A DNA stretch of 8,054 nt from a virus. Shown here piece after piece: positions 1 to 6,195 of this stretch (its first letter is position 1; each line of letters opens with the position of its first letter). A program made the translations under genes and the position numbers. The stretch is taken from UHGV virus genome UHGV-0324772. One strand, given 5' to 3'. Under the pieces are notes generated by a model. That model was not told the DNA's origin and ran no database searches. It saw nothing but the letters and a program-made list of their open reading frames with translations.

Positions 1-156
1 CAGAGCATCAACATTTAAGACACCTGTCTTATAGACCTGAGCCTGTGTTTTTTTCGCGGTGTCGATTTGTACAGCGGAAACATAAACCGCTTTACCTACG
101 CTCGAACCATCCCATACCACCAGTGCACCTGTTGCATCTTCTGGCAATACGGCTCT
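1..156 (-). CDS. Head decoration protein gpD-like fragment (partial; runs off the window start, N-terminal side closed by an in-frame stop at 157-159)
   Basis: Minus-strand frame open from 156 to 1 translates to LPEDATGALVVWDGSSVGKAVYVSAVQIDTAKKTQAQVYKTGVLNVDAL, which aligns by eye with lambda gpD ([36 protein letters not shown]...). No ATG start; not in the ORF track because it is partial. Confidence 0.35.
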
Positions 157-286
157 TCAGGGGATTGTAGACTATGGCGGTATTCAGGATCCGGAGCTAA
201 TCCGAATGGGGCTGACTAAAGCCGAACTTGCACCGAAAAACTATATTGTGCCTGGTGATCCGGCTATTGAATATGTGCAGACACAT

Positions 287-1051
287 TCAGCACCACAGCC
301 AATACCGGCCCGCATCAATCGAATCACCAAGGTCTTTAAGAGCCGTTTCCAGTTCGGAATTAGAACCACGACGGGTATCCAGAGCCTCTTTTATCGCTCT
401 GAATGAACGGTATTTCTTCCATACATTACCGCCCATAATGATGATATTAGTGACGCCCTCACTAAATTCTGCGTAGCTCTCAATATCATCATTTGGATCA
501 AAAGTTTCTTTATCCTTACCTGACCACTCAGCACCGCCAGACTGAGTGATGATATTTTGTGGTTTAATATTCCAGTCCAGCTCATAACGTTCAATACCAT
601 CGCCCTCAATGATATTTTTCCCCGTTGTGATTGCCTGAACGGCAAGCCATTCAATACGTGCACGAATAGCTTTAGCCTGATTTACAATCGCCTGTTTAAC
701 TTTAATATTACGCGCTCCAAAAGCATTGTATTGCTCAGGTGATACACCAGCAGGGCGCACAGCTAACTTATTTGGATCAATGCTGCTTTTCGGCTTCATA
801 TAGCCTGGACGAATTGTTTTTGATTCGTACCCTTCGTCACGTGAAACTTTACTACCCACCATAGGAGAACAAAACGCTGCAATTGGGATATTTGGATCGT
901 CGATTGTATCAAGAATAATATCGCGCGATTCAAACATTACCGAGCGAGTAAAAAACAAACTGGTAAACAACGCATTTAGTTGTTTTTGTACATCTACAGC
1001 ATTAACCACCTGTACAAGCTGGGTAGGCGAATATAAATCAACCATACGCAT
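287..1051 (-). CDS. Lambda gpE-like major capsid protein, C-terminally truncated (about 255 aa versus about 341 aa in lambda)
   Basis: Track ORF 287..1219. Residues from MRMVDLYSPTQLV onward align along the length with lambda gpE as I recall it (LFFTRS/LFFRES, PGYMKPK/PGYVKPK, ITQSGGAEWS/ITQSGGTEWS, DTRRGSNSELETALKDLG near-identical). Start set at ATG 1045 or 1051, with AAGAGG 6 nt upstream of 1045; the 58 upstream codons look like a stop-less extension. ORF stops at 287-289 right after the KDLG motif, so about 90 C-terminal residues are absent. Confidence 0.8.
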   Translation of the reverse strand: MRMVDLYSPTQLVQVVNAVDVQKQLNALFTSLFFTRSVMFESRDIILDTIDDPNIPIAAFCSPMVGSKVSRDEGYESKTIRPGYMKPKSSIDPNKLAVRPAGVSPEQYNAFGARNIKVKQAIVNQAKAIRARIEWLAVQAITTGKNIIEGDGIERYELDWNIKPQNIITQSGGAEWSGKDKETFDPNDDIESYAEFSEGVTNIIIMGGNVWKKYRSFRAIKEALDTRRGSNSELETALKDLGDSIDAGRYWLWC

Positions 1052-1219
1052 CCTCTTTGCATTCATTAAAAATAATTGTGGATATATGCTATCACCGATA
1101 TTTGTCATGCGAATACATGCAACCGAGTGCAATATTGTATAAAGTTTTGGGATAACAACTTCAGCGCGGATAATTAGTGTTAATATCTTCACTCCCTTTG
1201 GTCGGGATTTATGTAGCAT

Positions 1220-1254
1220 GCCGGAAAATTTATTTTTTTCCGGCCTTTTTTATT
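1220..1254 (+). terminator. GC-rich hairpin followed by T-tract (intrinsic-terminator-like)
   Basis: gccggaaaa (1220-1228) pairs with ttttccggc (1236-1244), then tttttt (1246-1251). The U-tract follows the hairpin only in plus-strand orientation. Confidence 0.45.
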
Positions 1255-1262
1255 GGCAATAT

Positions 1263-1712
1263 TTAAAACGGAATATCATCTCCCCATTGTTCATTATCTC
1301 CCACTGGTGGATGGCTTCCTTGCTGATCTGCCTGTTGTTTTGCTCTGTTCAGTGCGTCAGTAGCCTGACCCTGTTGACCTTTTTTGCCGCCCGGTCGCAC
1401 CGTTCGCGCACTGATTACGCTGTCTGCGATAACCTGCCAGCCCTGCCGCGTTTCACCGTTCTGTCCAGTCCACTGGCTCACCTGCATATTACCCGCCACG
1501 CTCAGGAGTTCGCCTTTGTGATGCTTTGCCAGCGCGTCGGCTTGTCTGCCAAACGCCAGGACAGATAACCACATCGTCGCCTGACCGTCATCCGACTGAC
1601 TGCAGGGCAGTGATACCGCCATACGCGCCAGCGTCATGGGGGTGCCCTTGCTGGTCTGTTTTGTCTGCGGGTCGTCCACCAACCGCCCGTAAACTGATAT
1701 TTGCGCCGTCAT
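1263..1712 (-). CDS. ssb: Single-stranded DNA-binding protein (SSB)-like
   Basis: 149 aa. N-terminal region resembles the SSB OB fold (ISVYGRLVDDPQ versus E. coli VILVGNLGQDPE; WLSVLAFGRQADALAKHHKG versus [21 protein letters not shown]), Gly/Gln-rich linker, and the hallmark acidic C-terminal tail ending DDIPF. Start overlaps the upstream ORF stop by 4 nt. Confidence 0.7.
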   Translation of the reverse strand: MTAQISVYGRLVDDPQTKQTSKGTPMTLARMAVSLPCSQSDDGQATMWLSVLAFGRQADALAKHHKGELLSVAGNMQVSQWTGQNGETRQGWQVIADSVISARTVRPGGKKGQQGQATDALNRAKQQADQQGSHPPVGDNEQWGDDIPF

Positions 1713-1954
1713 GCTGCCTGCTCTCCGGACTTAATATTGATTGTTGTCACTTCCTCCGCTTCAGCAATCTCCCGTTCGGTCAGAGTGGCAAAGTTTGCAG
1801 CCGCCGTTGTCATGAATGCGCTAATCAGTTCGGGATGTGCTTTCGCGTATCCTTCCCCGGCGTTGCGGTCGATGATTTTTATCGACACCCTTAACCAGTG
1901 TTCCGTCAAATCAAGGGCGTGCGATTGTGATTTTTTTGTGTGCTTCGCTGTCAT
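1709..1954 (-). CDS. Hypothetical protein (81 aa), translationally coupled to the SSB-like gene
   Basis: Track ORF on the same strand as neighbours; its stop overlaps the ssb start (ATGA). No recognisable motif; weak RBS. Confidence 0.4.
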   Translation of the reverse strand: MTAKHTKKSQSHALDLTEHWLRVSIKIIDRNAGEGYAKAHPELISAFMTTAAANFATLTEREIAEAEEVTTINIKSGEQAA

Positions 1955-2000
1955 AGGCTTTATCTCACAGCAGTAAATTAAAATTTTTGCGTTTTAACCC

Positions 2001-2228
2001 TTCACCTGTTCACCTTTTGATATTTTCTCTTTTAATTCATAATGTTAATGGGTGAACAGTTTCACAAAAACTATTCACCAACTGTTCACCACTGTTCACC
2101 CTTGAAGCTCAATAAACAATCAAAAAGGTGAACAGTGAATAGTTTGGTGAACAGTTCATAAATAACTGTTCACCCTATAATATACTGATATAAAAGATAT
2201 TTATGACAGGGTGAACAGTGGTGAACAG
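2001..2228. repeat. P4-type type-I iteron cluster (TGTTCACC), putative cis replication region / origin bound by alpha protein
   Basis: Nine perfect octamers: TGTTCACC at 2007, 2083, 2093, 2167 and the complement GGTGAACA at 2051, 2127, 2146, 2210, 2220, plus degenerate copies (2001-2006, 2072-2079). An AT-rich stretch lies at 2176-2205. Sits immediately downstream of the alpha gene end, as crr does in P4. Confidence 0.8.
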
Positions 2229-2241
2229 TTATTCCATAAGT

Positions 2242-2686
2242 TTAATTTTTGCTATCGTCATTAGTGACCGATACACATGATGGCATCCAGTCTTCTGATT
2301 CCTCCGTCAGTGTCACGTTTGAACGCAAACCGTGCTTCGTTTTCCGTTTCATATACTCCCTGCCATATTCCGCCATTGCCCCCGGCATATCTTTACCGAA
2401 GCGCGTCAGTGTTACAGGTTTACCAAACCCATGTGCCCTCATATAAGCCAGATAGGCATGATAGAGATACCTGCGTGGGCTGAATGGCACAATTTCAGCA
2501 TTACCCACTAACAGGCCATCACACATTACCGATGCCATGAGATAGCCGCAGAAGTCCACCAGCGAATCCCCCTCTCGCTTTATCGCCAGTGCTTCTTCAG
2601 ATTTCTGCTGCTCATATAACAGGCGTCTGGCTTCGTCCTGATCAGCAAACCGTGTAAGCAGATGGCGAATCACTACCGCCAGCTCA
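2242..2686 (-). CDS. P4 alpha-type primase/helicase, C-terminal region (fragment; track ORF 2242..2673 with GTG start)
   Basis: Translation ELAVVIRHLLTRFADQDEARRLLYEQQ... continues the helicase-domain end seen on the other strand at 2976-3013. Frame is open upstream to a stop at 2707-2709. Ends at stop 2242-2244 next to the iterons. Confidence 0.65.
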
Positions 2687-2687
2687 A

Positions 2688-3015
2688 GTGGTTGGCTTTT
2701 CGCTGATTATCATGCCGGATATGACCCGCTACGCTGGTGATGGGGCAGGGATTAAGGCCATTACAGGCGGTGACAAGGTGGCAATTGACCCGAAACACAA
2801 AGCCCCCTATTCAACGCGTATTCCGGCAGTAGTGCTGGCGGTTAACAATAACGCCATGTCATTCAGTGACCGCAGCGGGGGGATCTCACGTCGTCGGGTG
2901 ATATTCAATTTTTCGGAAGTTGTACCGGAGAACGAACGCGATTCGATGCTGGCGGAAAAAATAGAAGGTGAGCTGGCGGTAGTGATTCGTCATCTGCTTA
3001 CACGGTTTGTTTTTT
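2688..3015 (+). CDS. P4 alpha-type helicase-domain fragment on the opposite strand to the rest of alpha (probable misassembly or inversion)
   Basis: Track ORF 2688..3017. ITGGDKVAIDPKHKAPYSTRIPAVVLAVNNNAMSFSDRSGGISRRRVIFNFSEVVPENERDSMLAEKIEGELAVVIRHLLTRF matches the region after Walker B in P4/D5-type helicases. Its 3' end (2976-3013) is the reverse complement of 2649-2686 with one mismatch. The stop codon is formed partly by adapter bases. Confidence 0.6.
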
Positions 3016-3073
3016 AATGATACGGCGACCACCGAGATCTACACTCTTTCCCTACACGACGCTCTTCCGATCT
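3016..3073 (+). other. Illumina TruSeq universal (P5) adapter, 58 nt, exact: sequencing/assembly artefact
   Basis: AATGATACGGCGACCACCGAGATCTACACTCTTTCCCTACACGACGCTCTTCCGATCT read directly at 3016-3073, preceded by TTTTT (3011-3015). Confidence 0.97.
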
Positions 3074-4064
3074 ACCAGCAGAGGGGGATTCGCTGGATGA
3101 ATAACTGCCAGTCGTACCGGTTCGCCAGCACCATGAATAATGCCGCCAGTACGCGATCTGCCTTGCGGTCATTCTCAGCCACCGAACGGCGCAACCACTT
3201 CCAGAAATTCGGCGCATGTGTTGCCAGCGTTTCCCCCTCTGCTGGTGGGCTGAAAGGTAATTCACTGGCAATTAACAACCAGTCGTTTTTGTTATGCTCC
3301 CGAAAATTACCAGTTCTGGTATCAAATACCCCGTTACTGAATCCAATCAGGTTACGGGCTGTATTCCCCATTACAGGCAAACTTAACTTCATGGTATCTA
3401 CCGCCGATTTAATAGCGTTCTGCGAATAGCTGATCTCCGCATCAATGAAAATCTGCGCCATAGCACGCTGTAACTCTTTATCCTGAACCGGCTCCCATAC
3501 AACGCCGTTGTAATGATGAACGGTGTCAGAGTCGGCATTGATTGCCAGTTCGCCGCCGTAATGTGCAAGGAGAACTTCACCGCGCTGGCTGGCCCCCATC
3601 TGATTCAACGCCAAAGATGAAGCACGCTCGTCATTTTTGCGCTCTGCCTTCTTCACTGGCAGTTCAATCACCAGACTTTCCCCATGCTCCGCTTCAGCTT
3701 TTAGGCCGACAAGGCGCGGAGTCCAGTCTTCAGGCTCTCGATCAACAAAGCTACGGTAACAACGTGCTTCCTTTACGCCTGCAATAGCAAGTAATGTCGC
3801 AACCTTCGTCAGACTTTTCTCTGCAATCTTTCCGGCACGATAAACACGCACATAATGACGGCCTTCATCGATAATTTGCATATCATCCAGGTTTTCCAGT
3901 TGTTCCGTACCCAGAATGACTGGTGGTGTATCATCTGCTGCAATATGCTTACCTGCCCATTCATTCCATTCTTTTGCATGGCTCCAGGCATCACTGCCAG
4001 CAAAAATGATGACTTCCGTCATTTTGTCGCGCGGTTGGTATTTTAAGTTCGGAGCACGTTTCAT
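3072..4064 (-). CDS. P4 alpha-type primase/helicase, N-terminal primase region (reading frame cut off at the adapter junction)
   Basis: Track ORF, 330 aa. Call rests on continuity with the alpha helicase and C-terminal fragments, position in the operon and the adjacent P4-type iterons; an early EVIIFAGSDAW segment is primase-like but not a confident motif match. The terminal stop (3072-3074) is created by adapter bases, so the real protein continues. GGAGG RBS 6 nt upstream; start overlaps the upstream stop (ATGA at 4061-4064). Confidence 0.75.
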   Translation of the reverse strand: MKRAPNLKYQPRDKMTEVIIFAGSDAWSHAKEWNEWAGKHIAADDTPPVILGTEQLENLDDMQIIDEGRHYVRVYRAGKIAEKSLTKVATLLAIAGVKEARCYRSFVDREPEDWTPRLVGLKAEAEHGESLVIELPVKKAERKNDERASSLALNQMGASQRGEVLLAHYGGELAINADSDTVHHYNGVVWEPVQDKELQRAMAQIFIDAEISYSQNAIKSAVDTMKLSLPVMGNTARNLIGFSNGVFDTRTGNFREHNKNDWLLIASELPFSPPAEGETLATHAPNFWKWLRRSVAENDRKADRVLAALFMVLANRYDWQLFIQRIPLCW

Positions 4065-4348
4065 TTGTTACCTCCGGCAACTAACATTGCCCGAATTTTA
4101 CGGATATAGCCTGCGGCACGCCTCTGATTATCTGTCTTGCAATTTTTTACCAGAATGAAATCTCTTTCGAACTGCTGACGCGGCATAACACATTCAAAAT
4201 CATAACCATCACGCAAATAAGAGACACGACGATCATCAACCGAAATAATCTTTACCCGATAGCCATAGCTGTCTTTGAAAATATCCCCAAGGCTGATTTT
4301 TGAATGAGTTTGACCGCTGGCAATAAAGCCAGAAAATTTATTTTTCAT
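4061..4348 (-). CDS. Hypothetical small protein (95 aa), alpha-operon member
   Basis: Track ORF; same strand; stop overlaps the alpha start codon (translational coupling). No motif recognised. Confidence 0.5.
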   Translation of the reverse strand: MKNKFSGFIASGQTHSKISLGDIFKDSYGYRVKIISVDDRRVSYLRDGYDFECVMPRQQFERDFILVKNCKTDNQRRAAGYIRKIRAMLVAGGNK

Positions 4349-4351
4349 TTT

Positions 4352-4576
4352 TTATTCTCCGGTATAGCTCTGGTCGTGTATTTTTATAGCTTCATCCAGC
4401 TCTTTGATGACAGGATCAAGTAACGTAATTAACGCTCCAGCTAAATTAGCATCCCGTTCATCGTGTTCCGCATTTGTTGTCCCATCAAGCCAGGTTGATA
4501 AGATTTCTCGCATATTTTTGCCACAAACGAGCGCGTTTTCAGCATGTGTCAGCACTTTAAAATAAAGATCATTCAT
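4352..4576 (-). CDS. Hypothetical small protein (74 aa), alpha-operon member
   Basis: Track ORF; start overlaps the upstream ORF end by 8 nt; acidic, helical-looking sequence. Confidence 0.45.
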   Translation of the reverse strand: MNDLYFKVLTHAENALVCGKNMREILSTWLDGTTNAEHDERDANLAGALITLLDPVIKELDEAIKIHDQSYTGE

Positions 4577-4934
4577 GGCACACCTCCTGACGAATACGGG
4601 CGGCGAATATCATCACGTAGCCAGTTGGGGATTGCAGCCGGGCTTCCTGTTCGCTGGCGGCCTCGATGTGTATTACGCGTGGTTGTGCGGTGCTCAGGGC
4701 GATAAAACGCCAGATGAAATTGTTTTCGCATTTCTGAATAAACAGCGTGTTTTCTTCACGCCCTTTCCAGAAAGCCGCAGTATAGCCCATCTCCTTAACC
4801 ATCTTGCGGGCATCAACCAGCGTGTCAGCGGCTACATGTACCGTAGTTGCTCCATCTGCCATGCGGTCGTGGTGTAGTGCCAGAAAGGTGTATATAAATT
4901 TAGGGTGAGTTTGGGTATGCTGTGTTCCAGCCAT
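4569..4934 (-). CDS. Hypothetical protein (121 aa), first gene of the alpha operon
   Basis: Track ORF; GAGG 8 nt upstream of ATG 4934; sits downstream of the predicted minus-strand promoter. Confidence 0.5.
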   Translation of the reverse strand: MAGTQHTQTHPKFIYTFLALHHDRMADGATTVHVAADTLVDARKMVKEMGYTAAFWKGREENTLFIQKCENNFIWRFIALSTAQPRVIHIEAASEQEARLQSPTGYVMIFAARIRQEVCHE

Positions 4935-4996
4935 AATCGTTACCTCATTTAACGGGTTGGTTAGACGCCTCGATGGTGTTCCCGCACGTCGAGGCG

Positions 4997-5076
4997 TTGC
5001 ATTTTCCTAAACACGTATGTAATGTGTCATCACACATTAACACATTACATCGGGTGTAATTGACGTGTCAACACAC
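4997..5076. promoter_or_regulatory. Divergent promoter region with repeated operator-like half-sites (ACACATTA / TGTAATGT)
   Basis: Plus strand: TTGCAT (4997-5002), 17 nt, TAATGT (5020-5025). Minus strand: TTGACA (complement of 5066-5071), 18 nt, TAATGT (complement of 5042-5047). Inverted repeat atgtaatgtgt (5017-5027) / acacattacat (5040-5050), plus acacatta (5032-5039) and gtgtaatt (5054-5061). Confidence 0.4.
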
Positions 5077-5244
5077 AAAAATCAAAGACGTGGTAATCCT
5101 CCGTTCCAGTTTCGGTTAGATCCTGAGTTGAGGGAGTTGATGGAGCAAGCACAGCAAGTAGATGGAGACGAATCTTTAGCAGCCTGGATTAAAAGGATTA
5201 TTCGCAAAGAACTACAGCAACGCGGATATGAAGTCAAAATTTAA
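5065..5244 (+). CDS. Small ribbon-helix-helix (Arc/CopG-like) putative transcriptional regulator; start uncertain (GTG 5065 or ATG 5140)
   Basis: Below the track's length cut-off. Frame open from 5041 to TAA at 5242-5244. Translation ...PPFQFRLDPELRELMEQAQQVDGDESLAAWIKRIIRKELQQRGYEVKI has a beta-strand then two helices, as in RHH proteins. Divergent from the alpha operon, convergent with the TIR-like gene. Confidence 0.4.
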   Translation: MSTHKNQRRGNPPFQFRLDPELRELMEQAQQVDGDESLAAWIKRIIRKELQQRGYEVKI

Positions 5245-5257
5245 CAGATAATATTTC

Positions 5258-5290
5258 ATATAGAGCCATTTATCTCGAATGGCTCTATAT
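5258..5290. terminator. Perfect 13-bp stem hairpin between convergent genes (putative bidirectional terminator)
   Basis: atatagagccatt (5258-5270), loop tatctcg, aatggctctatat (5278-5290); followed on plus by gattttta. Lies between the RHH stop (5244) and the TIR-like stop (5320). Confidence 0.55.
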
Positions 5291-5319
5291 CTATGCAGAT
5301 TTTTAGTTCAAAGAATTTA

Positions 5320-6195
5320 CTAAACTGCGTAACCAGTAGCTCGCAAGTCTTTAATAATGCTATATGCTACTTCTTCAATAGAAGAATTGAATTTTTTATA
5401 AATAAGACCATTCAAATCACTTGGAATCACTACATCACCTGTGTATAGACAACAAACCTTAGAACGACCTAATTTCCCTACGAAATAACCAAATTCAAAC
5501 ATTACATTTGGTCGTGCACGTAACTCCTTTTCTCTTTCATTATCAGGTAAAGAGTCTTGCGGCAATAAATAAGCGATCTCATCAGGTGTGAGAAGAATGA
5601 ATGCGAAACCAACATCACTATTTGCTTCAAATTTCTCAATCACTGTCTGGCCTACATCAGCTTGCCTATGGAGAACAATAGGTTCTAAGCCAATTTCTCT
5701 TAAAAACACCTCTAAGTTGGTTTTTGATATTTCATCTCTTCCATGAACAATGAATACTTTTTTGGTTTTTACCGCTGAACTCTGAGGTACTTCAATATTT
5801 TCTTCAACAACTTTGGAAGATATAGGAATTAACTCCAGTCGCTCCATAATCGACTCTAGTTTTCTTATCTTACTCTGGAGTTTACGCGTAGCCTCACTGA
5901 TTTTTTCTCCCAAGGAAGTCTCGTACAATGAAATAACACCAAATGCCCCACCTTCATATTCTTCTTTGAAATCATCATTTGTGAAACTACGCTTCAGTAG
6001 CTCAGCATTAAAATCACTCCATTTCCTGTAATCAGCATTAAACAGCTCCAAGTCACTATTGTTATTTATGCTTTTCTGTAGGAGTAATAATCCTTTTTGA
6101 ATTCTGTCTTGAATTTTATCTTTCATATCATCTCTTGATATGATTAGTTCACAAACAGTTTTCATTTCTACGCTATTTTTTTTTCGAGTAGCCAT
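5320..6195 (-). CDS. TIR-like (COG4271/PF10137-type) domain protein with an unassigned N-terminal domain; candidate anti-phage NADase effector
   Basis: Track ORF, 291 aa. Residues about 145-291 carry the pattern I associate with TIR-like nucleotide-binding proteins: KKVFIVHGRD, GLEPIVLHRQ, TVIEKFE, VGFAFILLTPDE, RARPNVMFEFGYFVGKLGR, IPSDLNGLIY. N-terminal about 140 aa is helical with no TM segment or known motif. Good RBS (AAGGGTG, 5 nt, ATG). Visibly AT-rich compared with flanks. Confidence 0.7.
   Translation of the reverse strand: MATRKKNSVEMKTVCELIISRDDMKDKIQDRIQKGLLLLQKSINNNSDLELFNADYRKWSDFNAELLKRSFTNDDFKEEYEGGAFGVISLYETSLGEKISEATRKLQSKIRKLESIMERLELIPISSKVVEENIEVPQSSAVKTKKVFIVHGRDEISKTNLEVFLREIGLEPIVLHRQADVGQTVIEKFEANSDVGFAFILLTPDEIAYLLPQDSLPDNEREKELRARPNVMFEFGYFVGKLGRSKVCCLYTGDVVIPSDLNGLIYKKFNSSIEEVAYSIIKDLRATGYAV

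Noticed and set aside
86-406. Plus-strand open frame, partly listed in the track as 206..406 (MGLTKAELAPKNYIVPGDPAIEY...)
   Set aside because: It overlaps the gpE-like gene and the gpD-like fragment on the opposite strand and has no recognisable homology or RBS; most likely a chance antisense ORF, though 86-286 is not otherwise explained.
1052-1219. N-terminal 58-codon extension of the capsid ORF in the track (MLHKSRPKG...)
   Set aside because: Homology to gpE starts at MRMVDLY (ATG 1045/1051), which has a proper RBS; the upstream extension has no counterpart in gpE and simply lacks an in-frame stop.
2001-2228. Repeat cluster that could be mistaken for a CRISPR array
   Set aside because: Repeats are only 8-9 bp, occur in both orientations with irregular spacing and no spacer periodicity; they match the P4 type-I iteron TGTTCACC.
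5065-6195. RHH-like ORF plus TIR-like gene as a toxin-antitoxin-style two-gene operon
   Set aside because: The two genes are convergent and separated by a hairpin terminator, so they cannot be co-transcribed; the RHH ORF is more plausibly the switch regulator.
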